A DNA stretch of 64,000 nucleotides from Terriglobia bacterium (GTDB taxonomy: Bacteria > Acidobacteriota > Terriglobia > 20CM-2-55-15): NCBI GenBank assembly GCA_963664115.2, contig CAXWPJ010000009.1, positions 640,001-704,000 on the forward strand. The letters run 5' to 3'. Position numbers and translations under genes: made by a program. The first letter of the stretch is position 1. Each line of letters begins with the position of its first letter. The notes under the pieces are model-generated. The model worked only from the letters and a program-made list of their open reading frames with translations. It was not told where the DNA came from and made no database searches. Positions 9,907 through 24,563 of this stretch are shown here, one piece after another.

Positions 9907-10836
9907 ATGTTTCCTTTTCGCCGTTTCCTCACACACAACTGGTTTCTGAAATTGTTTTCAGTGTTGGTCGCGGGTCTGCTCTGGCTGACGATCGCGAGCG
10001 AAACGAACTCGGTCATCAACCGAACGATTGCTCTGGAATTTCAGGGCATCCCGCTGAATATGGAGATCACCGGAGAAACGGCTACGCAAGTTGACCTTCA
10101 ATTAAGGGGGTCGTCCAGCCTGTTGAACGGAATTTCGCCGGCCGATGTTGCTGCTGTCATCTCACTGATCGGGGAAACTCCGGGCCCCAAGACCGTCAAT
10201 CTTTCTTCGGCAGACATCCAGACGCCGTTTGGCGTTGAAGTCCTTCGAATTGATCCGATTCGGATCCAGTTTGCCCTCGAACGCACGCTGACGCGGACGC
10301 TCCCCGTGCGGGTCGTTGTCGAAGGCGAGCCCGCCGAAGACCACGAAGTCATTACGTACTTCGTCACACCCAGCACAGTCAACGTGGTCGGTCCGGAATC
10401 CAATATACGCCCGCTGGAATCATTGCCCACGACATCAGTGCGTATTGACGGCTCGAGGTTAACCGTACGCACATTCGCTGATTTGAACATCGTAGATCCA
10501 CTGGTGAGACTGGAATCCCTGTCGCCTCACGAAGTGCAGGTTGAGATTCGCGAGGTCCGGGTGGATAGTCCTTACAGGGCTACGATGGATCCCTCTCTCG
10601 ACGATCCATCCCTGTGGCTCGTCGAACCGACTTCGATTACCGTAACTGTCCAGGGGCCCAAGAGCCTCATGACCGATTTTGATCCAAGCAATCTCTACTT
10701 CACGATCGACACATCGCTTCTCTCGCCGGGCAGCCACCAGTTGACACCCGAAATTCTTGGCATCAGTGATCCCTTTTCGATTGCGTTGCTAGAACCTGAG
10801 ACCATCGAGATCATGGTCCGCTCGGCGTCTCAGTGA
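9907..10836 (+). CDS. cdaR: CdaR/YbbR-like regulator of the diadenylate cyclase
   Basis: N-terminal anchor (NWFLKLFS...LW), repeated YbbR-like 'P.TV.V.GP.S' segments, position between cdaA and glmM. Confidence 0.85.
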   Translation: MFPFRRFLTHNWFLKLFSVLVAGLLWLTIASETNSVINRTIALEFQGIPLNMEITGETATQVDLQLRGSSSLLNGISPADVAAVISLIGETPGPKTVNLSSADIQTPFGVEVLRIDPIRIQFALERTLTRTLPVRVVVEGEPAEDHEVITYFVTPSTVNVVGPESNIRPLESLPTTSVRIDGSRLTVRTFADLNIVDPLVRLESLSPHEVQVEIREVRVDSPYRATMDPSLDDPSLWLVEPTSITVTVQGPKSLMTDFDPSNLYFTIDTSLLSPGSHQLTPEILGISDPFSIALLEPETIEIMVRSASQ

Positions 10837-10840
10837 TCAA

Positions 10841-10898
10841 GTTAAGAGTTAAAACCAAACGAGATAGAACCTGCGATTTATAGCTGTTAACTCTTAAC
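10841..10898. repeat. Perfect 12-bp inverted repeat GTTAAGAGTTAA/TTAACTCTTAAC
   Basis: Arms at 10841-10852 and 10887-10898; the right arm ends 1 nt before the glmM ATG. Confidence 0.65.
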
Positions 10899-10899
10899 A

Positions 10900-12261
10900 A
10901 TGACCAAACTTTTCGGCACAGACGGCATCCGCTCGCGAGCAGGCGACTTCCCACTCAACCCTCCTTCCATTCTGGCTATAGGTCAGGCCATCGGAGAACG
11001 CCTGGGCGGACCGATTCTTATTGGCCAGGACCCGCGGGCATCGAGCCCATGGATTGCAGCCTTGCTCAAACAGGGACTGGATAGCATCGGAGTCGAACTC
11101 GAAGATGCCGGCATGCTGCCGACTCCGGCAGTCGCGATCCTTACGAAACGGACCCCCGTTCGCGGCGGCATAATGATTTCAGCCTCCCACAATTCATACG
11201 AAGACAACGGCATCAAGGTCTTCGGGGCCGATGGAAGAAAGCTGGCCGAGGGCGACGAAACCGGTATCGAAACACGCGTCGGTGAACTCCTCGGCCTCGG
11301 TCAGGATTTATCAGCAACAAGGCAAGCGGACGTCGACCCGCATGATGTCGAGACGTATCGAAGAACACCGTGTGAGAACCACTACATGGAATTGCTCGCT
11401 GAACGCTTTCCCTCCCGACCTTGGCTGAAGGGATTCCGCATAATCGCAGATTGCGCAAACGGAGCGATGAGCACCCTCGCTCCGGCTCTCTTTGCATCTT
11501 GCGGCGCCGAAGTGTCCACGATTCATGCGAGCCCGTCGGGGGAGAACATCAACGCCGGGTGCGGCGCCCTGCATCCGGAAAGCTTGATCGACCATGTCAG
11601 GAAAAGTCGGGCGGATCTCGGAGTCGCTTTCGACGGTGACGGTGACCGATCCATCTTCGTATCCTCCACGGGTGAACTCGTGGACGGAGATGGGGTCCTG
11701 CTCGTCATGGCCCGCCGGCTCAAGAAAGACGGACGACTGACCCCTCCCGCAGTCGTCGGAACGTCGATGACGAACTACGGTCTCGAGCTGGCGTTCGCGG
11801 AGGAAGGGATAGCGCTCATCCGTGTGGACGTTGGCGACCGCTACGTTTTTCAGGAAATGTTGTCGTCTGGAGCACAACTGGGAGGCGAGCCCTCCGGCCA
11901 CATAATCTTCTCTGACTACGGCCTTTCAGGAGACGGACTGTTGACGGCACTGAAAGTCTCGGAAGCGATTGTGCGAGAAGAACTTACACTGGACGAACTG
12001 GTTCGGGGGTGGCAGTCGGCTCCACAACTACTCCGGAATTTGAGGGTCAGCGAAAAAATTCCCTTGGAATCATTGCCCACGGTCGGCGAAAAAATCAGCG
12101 AAATAGCTAAGCGGCTCGAGGGTCGCGGCCGGATTGTGGTGCGTTATTCAGGGACCGAACCTCTGCTTCGTATCATGATCGAGAGCGACTCCGCAGATAC
12201 GAACAACGCCTATGCGGACGAGCTGCTCGGCGTCGTAGAGAAAAACCTGCGAAACCCGTAG
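10900..12261 (+). CDS. glmM: Phosphoglucosamine mutase
   Basis: FGTDGIR, phosphoserine loop SASHN, metal loop DGDGDR, GGEPSGH, RYSGTEP. Confidence 0.95.
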   Translation: MTKLFGTDGIRSRAGDFPLNPPSILAIGQAIGERLGGPILIGQDPRASSPWIAALLKQGLDSIGVELEDAGMLPTPAVAILTKRTPVRGGIMISASHNSYEDNGIKVFGADGRKLAEGDETGIETRVGELLGLGQDLSATRQADVDPHDVETYRRTPCENHYMELLAERFPSRPWLKGFRIIADCANGAMSTLAPALFASCGAEVSTIHASPSGENINAGCGALHPESLIDHVRKSRADLGVAFDGDGDRSIFVSSTGELVDGDGVLLVMARRLKKDGRLTPPAVVGTSMTNYGLELAFAEEGIALIRVDVGDRYVFQEMLSSGAQLGGEPSGHIIFSDYGLSGDGLLTALKVSEAIVREELTLDELVRGWQSAPQLLRNLRVSEKIPLESLPTVGEKISEIAKRLEGRGRIVVRYSGTEPLLRIMIESDSADTNNAYADELLGVVEKNLRNP

Positions 12262-12279
12262 AAAACAGGAAGTCTACGC

Positions 12280-12308
12280 TTGACTCTGAAAGCAGTGCCC
12301 CCTATCAT
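12280..12308 (+). promoter_or_regulatory. Sigma70-type promoter upstream of the rrn operon
   Basis: TTGACT - 17 bp - TATCAT. Confidence 0.7.
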
Positions 12309-12463
12309 TGTTTGCTGTGCCTGCGTACTTGAGTACCATCGTATGCAGGGTGGTGATAGGAACCGCTAAGTAACATCCGGCGGTCTTTTTTTACCCCTCA
12401 AAACCCTTAAAAGCTTCTGGCTGGACAGGTGTTTTCGAGCGCAGTTTGAGGCCTGAGAGCCTT

Positions 12464-12477
12464 TGCTCTTTGACAAC
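12464..12477 (+). promoter_or_regulatory. rrn leader boxA antitermination site
   Basis: TGCTCTTTGACAAC; related copies in the ITS (~14633 GGTCTTTGACAA) and before 5S (~17889 GTTCTTTGAC). Confidence 0.75.
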
Positions 12478-12551
12478 GGAAAGCGTGCCTAAAGTCGAAT
12501 CTATAGCTGAGTCTTTGGCTAGCGAGCTAATTTGTATCAACTTTCAAGAGT

Positions 12552-14085
<1,534 letters not shown>

Positions 14086-14282
14086 GAGTATTTTCACGCT
14101 TCGCAAGTCAGTTTTAGGATTCAGTTCCGGCTGACAGGTACGCTTTCCGCCTCAGACAGATTGAGGAAAATAACAGTAAAAACTCTGGCACTCGACAACG
14201 TGCCGGCGCCGTAAGTCAATGTTTGCGAACTCTACAGCGAGCAGGCAGGCGGAGCCGGCAACCTCAGTCGCTGAACCAACAG

Positions 14283-14356
<74 letters not shown>

Positions 14357-14425
14357 TTCCAACGGGGCCGGTAAAGGTGCAGTCTCTGACAGCACAACTT
14401 GAGCCCGAATTGTACGGGTGGTCCA

Positions 14426-14498
14426 GGGGATGTAGCTCAATTGGGAGAGCGCCGCCTTTGCAAGGCGGAGGTCGTCGGTTCGATCCCGATCATCTCCA
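14426..14498 (+). tRNA. tRNA-Ala (TGC)
   Basis: Cloverleaf, CCGCC-TTTGCAA-GGCGG arm, G3:U70 identity pair. Confidence 0.97.
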
Positions 14499-14791
14499 TT
14501 TGTCGGCCTAGCGGCCAACAAATGGGTGTTGTCCATTAACTTGGGGCCCACCGTCCGAAGACGGCCGGTACCCCCAAGTCGGGAGCACCCACAACCGTTT
14601 GGTTAGCAGTTGCGCTGCTATTCGGACTCTCTGGTCTTTGACAATTGAATATTGATGGGTAATTACTACGAAATGAATTCGTGGGACGGACCGCGCGTGA
14701 CGGCTGCTTTTTTAGGGTCGAAGCCAGCGGTTTGGTATTTCCTGCGGATTCAACTGAGTAGAACGAGCGTCTTAGGCAAATCTTTGGTAGT

Positions 14792-17786
<2,995 letters not shown>

Positions 17787-17912
17787 ATTACGATCTAATC
17801 ACTACAAAACTTCGCCCTAACGGCGCTCATTACCCATCAATATTGAATTGTCAGGGACTGCCAATCCTGGGCTCGACCCAGGACATTGGTTCTTTGACGC
17901 AATTTATCAGGT

Positions 17913-18031
<119 letters not shown>

Positions 18032-18039
18032 ATTTAATT

Positions 18040-18088
18040 AGAAAGCCCCGTTCAATCGAGTCTTCGGACATGGTTGGCGGGGCTTTCT
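18040..18088 (+). terminator. rrn operon terminator hairpin
   Basis: AGAAAGCCCCG ... CGGGGCTTTCT. Confidence 0.75.
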
Positions 18089-18123
18089 CGGTCACCGGTC
18101 CCAAACATCCCCGTACCTCCCCC

Positions 18124-18152
18124 TTGACCCCTGCAAGACGACGTAATAGCAT
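18124..18152 (+). promoter_or_regulatory. Sigma70-type promoter of the IS-interrupted gene
   Basis: TTGACC - 17 bp - TAGCAT; RBS AGGGAGGA before ATG 18201. Confidence 0.6.
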
Positions 18153-18200
18153 CGCGCCTTCATTACTAAATCGCTGATTTACTACAAGGGAGGAAGTTCA

Positions 18201-18329
18201 ATGTCCATAGCACGCACGAGCGCGGTGTCGATTGCGCTGCTGGTCGTAGGGATAGCACTTGCGCCTGTGGCAAACGGACAAATGTTTCAGGATGGGTCCA
18301 AGGACGCCACTGTGATCAAGCGGAGTAAC
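18201..18329 (+). pseudogene. 5' fragment of a secreted protein interrupted by IS256
   Basis: MSIARTSAVSIALLVVGIALAPVANG-Q signal peptide with strong RBS; the frame stops just inside the IS left end. Confidence 0.7.
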
Positions 18330-18567
18330 GAGTTATAACCGAATCTGGTGTTTGAGGGATTGAATAAGAGCGGCGTATCTGGTTGATTTGTTGTGACAAA
18401 ACTTCAAAGCAACCATAGGAGATACGCCACTGTGAGCAAGAGTAACGTGAATGGACCGGAAGGTCGAGTTATAACCGAATCTGGTGTTTGAGGGATTGAA
18501 TAAGAGCGGCGTATCTGGTTGATTTGTTGTGACAAAACTTCAAAGCAACCATAGGAGATACGCCACT

Positions 18568-19815
18568 GTGAGCAAGAGTAACGTGAATGGACCGGAAGGT
18601 CGAGAAACGATTGAGGATCCAGTAACAGAACTACTACGAGTTGGGGCACAGCAACTGATCCAACGCGCAGTGGAAGCCGAATTGGCAGAGCTGCTATCCC
18701 AGCACGGTGGCCGGCGAACTGAGACAGGAAACGCCGGGGTGGTACGCAACGGTTATCTGCCGGAACGCGAACTGCAGACGGGATTGGGTCCGGTAACAGT
18801 CCAAATCCCGAAGGTCCGTGCCAAGACGGGCGAAGCTGTGACGTTCCGATCGGCCCTGGTACCACCGTACATTCGGAAGACGAAGTCGCTGGAAGCAGCG
18901 GTGCCGTGGTTGTATTTGAAAGGCGTTTCCAGCGGCGAGATGGGTGAGGCCCTAAAAGTTCTTGTCGGTCCCCAGGCGCAGGGTCTGTCGGCGAGCACGG
19001 TATCGCGGTTGAAACAGGTTTGGGGCGAACAGTACCGCCTCGGATGCGAGGAGCGTTTGGATGCAGATCGCTGGGTCTATGTCTGGGCCGACGGCATCTA
19101 CAGCGGACTTCGGGCGGAACAAACCAAGTTGTGTGCATTGGTCGTGATCGGCGTGAATGAACGCGGAGAGAAGCGTTTCCTGGCGATCGAAGACGGTGTA
19201 CGGGAATCGACACAGAGTTGGCGCGAGGTCTTGTTGAAGCTGAAGTCCCGTGGGATGAATGTTCCGAAGTTGGCCATCGGTGACGGTGCGATGGGGTTCT
19301 GGGCCGCACTGGAGGAAATCTATCCCGAGACACGTCAACAACGTTGCTGGATGCACAAAGTCATGAACGTCCTCAACTGCCTGCCCAAGTCGGTCCAGGC
19401 GAAGGCGAAACAGGCCCTGCACTCGATCTGGCAGGCCGAGACGAAGGCAGACGCCGAGAAGGCATTCGACTTGTTCATTGAAACCTATGAACCGAAGTAT
19501 CCGAAAGCCACACTCTGCCTGCAGAAAGACAGAGAGGAACTGCTGGCCTTTTACGACTTTCCGGCCAAGCACTGGCAGAGCATCAGAACGACGAATCCCA
19601 TTGAGTCGACCTTTGCCACCATTCGACACCGAACGAAGCGATCCAGAGGTTGCCTGACACGGGATGGCATGCTGCACATGATGTTCAAACTGGGCCAGTG
19701 CGCTGAGAACAATTGGCGACGATTACGAGGATTCGATGATCTGAGCAAGGTAATCATCGGAGTGAAATTCAACGATGGTGTCGAAGCGACACAAGTCGAT
19801 CAGGCCGCCGCTTGA
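18568..19815 (+). CDS. IS256-family (Mutator-type) DDE transposase
   Basis: RNGY, YLKGVS, ADG, GDG, QRCWMHK, RTTNPIES motifs; GTG start after AGGAG. Confidence 0.95.
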   Translation: MSKSNVNGPEGRETIEDPVTELLRVGAQQLIQRAVEAELAELLSQHGGRRTETGNAGVVRNGYLPERELQTGLGPVTVQIPKVRAKTGEAVTFRSALVPPYIRKTKSLEAAVPWLYLKGVSSGEMGEALKVLVGPQAQGLSASTVSRLKQVWGEQYRLGCEERLDADRWVYVWADGIYSGLRAEQTKLCALVVIGVNERGEKRFLAIEDGVRESTQSWREVLLKLKSRGMNVPKLAIGDGAMGFWAALEEIYPETRQQRCWMHKVMNVLNCLPKSVQAKAKQALHSIWQAETKADAEKAFDLFIETYEPKYPKATLCLQKDREELLAFYDFPAKHWQSIRTTNPIESTFATIRHRTKRSRGCLTRDGMLHMMFKLGQCAENNWRRLRGFDDLSKVIIGVKFNDGVEATQVDQAAA

Positions 19816-20128
19816 ATCAATCTCCTAAACACCACTTTTGACAATAAACGATTGAGGATCCAGTAACAGAACATTACTGAGGCAGTTATACGAGTTGATC
19901 TGGGCCCCAGGCACAGAGCAAGAGTAAACCGGATCCAAGGCGTAACAGAACTACTACGGTTGGGGCCAGCGTGGAAGCCGAATCCCGAAAGAAGTCAGAA
20001 TGGCAGAGCTGCTATCCCAGCACGGTGGCCGGCGAACTGAGACAGGAAACGCCGGGGTGGTTATAACCGAATCTGGTGTTTGAGGGACGCAACGGTTATC
20101 TGCCGGAACGCGAACTGCAGAGTTGGGG

Positions 20129-21165
20129 CGGGATTGGGTCCGGTAACAGTCCAAATCCCGAAGGTCCGTGCCAAGACGGGCGAAGCTGTGACGTTCCGAT
20201 CGGCCCTGGTACCACCGTACATTCGGAAGACGAAGTCGCTGGAAGCAGCGGTGCCGTGGTTGTATTTGAAAGGCGTTTCCAGCGGCGAGATGGGTGAGGC
20301 CCTAAAAGTTCTTGTCGGTCCCCAGGCGCAGGGTCTGTCGGCGAGCACGGTATCGCGGTTGAAACAGGTTTGGGGCGAACAGTACCGCCTCGGATGCGAG
20401 GAGCGTTTGGATGCAGATCGCTGGGTCTATGTCTGGGCCGACGGCATCTACAGCGGACTTCGGGCGGAACAAACCAAGTTGTGTGCATTGGTCGTGATCG
20501 GCGTGAATGAACGCGGAGAGAAGCGTTTCCTGGCGATCGAAGACGGTGTACGGGAATCGACACAGAGTTGGCGCGAGGTCTTGTTGAAGCTGAAGTCCCG
20601 TGGGATGAATGTTCCGAAGTTGGCCATCGGTGACGGTGCGATGGGGTTCTGGGCCGCACTGGAGGAAATCTATCCCGAGACACGTCAACAACGTTGCTGG
20701 ATGCACAAAGTCATGAACGTCCTCAACTGCCTGCCCAAGTCGGTCCAGGCGAAGGCGAAACAGGCCCTGCACTCGATCTGGCAGGCCGAGACGAAGGCAG
20801 ACGCCGAGAAGGCATTCGACTTGTTCATTGAAACCTATGAACCGAAGTATCCGAAAGCCACACTCTGCCTGCAGAAAGACAGAGAGGAACTGCTGGCCTT
20901 TTACGACTTTCCGGCCAAGCACTGGCAGAGCATCAGAACGACGAATCCCATTGAGTCGACCTTTGCCACCATTCGACACCGAACGAAGCGATCCAGAGGT
21001 TGCCTGACACGGGATGGCATGCTGCACATGATGTTCAAACTGGGCCAGTGCGCTGAGAACAATTGGCGACGATTACGAGGATTCGATGATCTGAGCAAGG
21101 TAATCATCGGAGTGAAATTCAACGATGGTGTCGAAGCGACACAAGTCGATCAGGCCGCCGCTTGA
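20129..21165 (+). pseudogene. Second IS256 transposase copy lacking its N-terminus
   Basis: Identical to 18779-19815; upstream part is a mosaic of fragments. Confidence 0.85.
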
Positions 21166-21200
21166 ATCAATCTCCTAAACACCACTTTTGACAATAACTC

Positions 21201-22046
21201 TATGCGACTGCCGAAGAACATTACGCGGCGTTGAAGGCCCAGGCCGAAGCGACGGGCGGCCCCACAGTGCACACACGGGAAACAATGCCGGAGTGGGATG
21301 GATGGTACGCCCGAGGGGCGATAGACGACCAGTGGATTTACGGTCGTGACCTCCAGACGGCCACCATGTTGTCGCTATTGACACCTGAATATCAGGAGCG
21401 CATGGCCCAGTTGACCTACCACGAAGCCGTAACCAATTCGCCCCAGTGGAACGCTTCGTTCTGCTATCCGGAAGGATTGGTCCGGTGGTGGGGGGAGTTC
21501 ACCCTCAGGGACATCGAAGTCATGGTGACGCCCTATCAGGTCCAGTTTTTGAGCGGCGCCAGTCACAACTTTCTCCGCAGGGTCCACGTCGGACGGGAAC
21601 ATGTACAACAGGTTCCGCAGTGGTTTGGCGAGACCATCGGATTCTGGAACGGAGATACGCTCGTCGCCTGGACAGCCAATTCCCTGGGGTGGACCATGTC
21701 GCATTCGATGTTCGAATACAGTAGTGCGATGGAGATCGTCGAAGTGCTCAGACCAAATCCAGATGGGAACGGACTCATCGTCGAGGCCACATTCTACGAT
21801 CCGGAGGCCTTCACTCGCCCGCTGCAAACGATAACTCCTTGGAATTTCAGGACGGGACTCGATGATCCGGACACAAGATACACGTGGCATGAGTGCCAGG
21901 TCGAGGGAACGATTGTCAACGGTCCGGATGGTAAGCCGACGCAGGTCCTGCCCTTTGAGGAACGTTACATTGATTTCTTTGGCCGTCCGTGGGCACTGAC
22001 ATGGGAAAGGTACTTCGAGCAAGGATGGGACAGGCCGAACAATTGA
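21201..22046 (+). pseudogene. 3' part (~281 codons) of the interrupted secreted hypothetical protein
   Basis: Open frame begins at the IS right end (YATAEEHYAALK...) with no RBS/start of its own; Trp/Tyr-rich, FGETIGFWNGDTLV motif. Confidence 0.7.
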
Positions 22047-22133
22047 CGACGGCTGTCAGCGAAAAAATCAAGAAGAGCCGGCCATCCGGCCACACGGAAT
22101 CTTCGATCAAGAGGACAGACTGCTTTTGAATTC

Positions 22134-22363
22134 CTAAATGTTTCTGGAAGGGTCTCACCGGTATGTAAAATAGGGGGCCTTTAAAGCAGCGTCTTGAGAC
22201 CACCGTTGCTCGGCACAGAGCAACACAATCAAAGGGGGAAGAAGTCCATTCACTAAATGTTTCTGGAAGGGTCTCACCGGTATGTAAAATAGGGGGCCTT
22301 TAAAGCAGCGTCTTGAGACCACCGTTGCTCGGCACAGAGCAACACAATCAAAGGGGGAAGAAG
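22134..22363 (+). repeat. Exact 111-bp direct repeat (22134-22244, 22253-22363) with an 8-bp spacer
   Basis: Direct comparison of the two copies; the second ends at the ATG of the amidohydrolase. Confidence 0.9.
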
Positions 22364-23431
22364 ATGGCGAATCGCAGAGACTTTCTCAGAACCATCGGTC
22401 GCGCAACAGCAGGAGCTTTAGTCCTCAGCCGTGTGCCTGGTGCCCTGGCTCAGTCACCTCGTCAAGTGTTGGTCAACGGTCGGGACACAACCGTTGTCGA
22501 CATTCATGCTCACTGCGTATTTCTTCGAGAGCTCGAGGAGAACCTCCCGGCCGCGATGCCGGCGAGGGCGGGCCTTCCCGACCTCTTGCCTATGGGACCC
22601 CATCGTTTGGAAATGATGGATGAACGCGGTATCGATATTCAGGCTCTCAGCGTAAACCAATATTGGTGGTACACGGTGGAGCGCGATCTCGCCCGGCAAA
22701 TTGTGAGAATTCATGACGAGGGTCTTGCGGCATGGTGTGACACCCACCCCGACAGATTCGTCGGCTTGACATCAGTGGCCCTGCAGTACCCGGACCTGGC
22801 GGCCGAGCAGTTGGAACACGCGGTCAATGAACTGGGATTACGCGGCGCATCGATTGGCGGCCACGTTGACGGCGAACAACCCACATCAGCGAAGTACGAT
22901 CCGTTCTGGGCCAAGGCCGAGGAACTTGACGTCCCTGTATTCATGCATCCCAACAACGCGCTCAACGTCGTTCGCGAGGGCGCTCTCGCCGGAAGGGCCG
23001 ATCTCGGCAACATCATCGGAAATCCCTTGGAAACGACGGTATTTCTTTCGCACATGATCTTCGATGGAGTTTTCGACCGCTTTCCAGGCCTGAAAGTCTG
23101 CGCGGCTCACGGCGGCGGATACATTCCGTCATACGTAGGCCGAACCGAGGTCGCCTGCGCCAGGAGGCCCAATGCAGAATGTGCCAACCAGAAAAACCCG
23201 AGCGAGTATCTGAGAGATCAGATTTTTGTCGACTCTATCGTGTTTGCCGAAGAAGGCCTACGTCATCTCGTTGCCGAAGTCGGAGTGAGTCAGGTGGTCT
23301 ACGGATCGGACCAACCCTATAACTGGCCGGACGCGATCGGCGTGATTACCGAGTCACCGTCTTTGAGCAATGCCGATAAGGAAGCCATCCTCGGGGGCAA
23401 CCTGATCCGCTTGCTGCGTATCAATATATAA
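22364..23431 (+). CDS. Tat-exported amidohydrolase-2 family (ACMSD-like) metalloenzyme
   Basis: Twin-arginine NRRDFL signal, DIHAH, FMHP, AHGGG, YGSD motifs. Confidence 0.85.
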   Translation: MANRRDFLRTIGRATAGALVLSRVPGALAQSPRQVLVNGRDTTVVDIHAHCVFLRELEENLPAAMPARAGLPDLLPMGPHRLEMMDERGIDIQALSVNQYWWYTVERDLARQIVRIHDEGLAAWCDTHPDRFVGLTSVALQYPDLAAEQLEHAVNELGLRGASIGGHVDGEQPTSAKYDPFWAKAEELDVPVFMHPNNALNVVREGALAGRADLGNIIGNPLETTVFLSHMIFDGVFDRFPGLKVCAAHGGGYIPSYVGRTEVACARRPNAECANQKNPSEYLRDQIFVDSIVFAEEGLRHLVAEVGVSQVVYGSDQPYNWPDAIGVITESPSLSNADKEAILGGNLIRLLRINI

Positions 23432-23470
23432 GGGCAGACAAGGTCGACATTTCCTGGACCGGAACACTGA

Positions 23471-24136
23471 ATGAAAGACGTTCTCGAAGCGGTTGAAATG
23501 GAGACCGGCCCGAATCCGACGACGAGCGTGATCTGGATGCACGGGCTCGGTGCCGATGGCCATGATTTTCCGCCGATTGTCGAGACGCTGAACCTGGGGC
23601 CCGCGCCCATTCGATTCGTCTTCCCCCATGCGCCCAAACGCCCGGTCACGATCAATGGTGGCTACGTGATGCGGGCGTGGTACGACATCCTAAGCCCGGA
23701 ATTCGGGGGCCGCGAAGACGAGGAAGGCCTGCGCGGGTCTCAGCAGTTGGTTGAAAACCTCATTGCACGCGAAGAGGAAAGGGGCTCGCCCCCTGAGCGC
23801 ATCGTACTTGCCGGCTTCTCGCAAGGCGGGGCGATCTCCCTTCAGACCGGTCTGCGCCACCCGAAACGGCTGGCCGGTCTGCTCGTGCTGTCAGCCTACC
23901 TGCCGATTTCCCGCACCCTTGCCGGAGAAGCGAGCGAAGAGAATCACGGCTTGCCAATCCTGATGGCGCATGGCACGCATGATCCTATCGTTCCGATCGA
24001 TCACGCACGGCGATCAAGCGAGATGTTGAGCAAGTTGGGCTACGCGGTCGAATGGCGTGAATATCCAATGCCCCACTCGGTCTCGCCCGAAGAGGTGGAC
24101 GACATCGGCGCCTGGTTCAGGCAGGTACTGGACTGA
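23471..24136 (+). CDS. Phospholipase/carboxylesterase (acyl-protein thioesterase-like)
   Basis: HGLG oxyanion motif, AWYD, nucleophile GFSQG, HGTHD, PHS. Confidence 0.92.
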   Translation: MKDVLEAVEMETGPNPTTSVIWMHGLGADGHDFPPIVETLNLGPAPIRFVFPHAPKRPVTINGGYVMRAWYDILSPEFGGREDEEGLRGSQQLVENLIAREEERGSPPERIVLAGFSQGGAISLQTGLRHPKRLAGLLVLSAYLPISRTLAGEASEENHGLPILMAHGTHDPIVPIDHARRSSEMLSKLGYAVEWREYPMPHSVSPEEVDDIGAWFRQVLD

Positions 24137-24563
24137 AAAGAGTTGCTTCTTCCATCACGCGGCGCTTACCTGTACTTCAGGGGTGAAGCAGTGTTTGCAC
24201 CCTTGTCCGGAATCCTCCGCCACGGAATTTCGTCCCCCGGAAAACAACAGTCCTCCAACCACGCTCGAGCCCAAGTCTGAGCGAAACAATCTCTTATTCT
24301 GCACGAAGGACGTTCGCAATCGATTTGGACCATCGCAGTACTCACATGCGAACTCTCGGGCCGAGTCAAAGGATGGCAACAGAACGACTGGTGTGCTGTG
24401 ATTCCACATTTGGCTTAGCGGTCGGGGTTCGGCTATACTGCGATTTGATTTCTATCCACACCACGGTATCAACCCCAGCGGGGCTATCCGTTCCCGGTCT
24501 GGATTCCTTTGCGGTAACAACTCCTTTACTGGACTCTTGCGGCCGGTTAGTTTGGAGAAGGTA

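Larger units (their letters stand above)
18330..21200 (+). mobile_element. IS256-family composite: 136-bp left-end duplicate (18330-18465), near-complete copy (18466-19847), scrambled junction (19848-20128), 5'-truncated second copy (20129-21200)
   Basis: Left end GAGTTATAACCGAATCTGGTGTTTGAGG at 18330, 18466 and partially ~20060; right end reverse complement GAGTTATTGTCAAAAGTGGTGTTTAGG ending at 21200 (lacking its last 3 nt at 19847); identical copies offset by 1350 bp. Confidence 0.9.

Noticed and set aside
22134-22363. CRISPR array or similar repeat-spacer array
   Set aside because: Only two 111-bp units with an 8-bp spacer; no run of short repeats with unique spacers and no cas genes seen in the window
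24137-24563. Short ORFs or an ncRNA between the esterase and malic enzyme genes
   Set aside because: No RBS-supported ORF, motif or convincing structure
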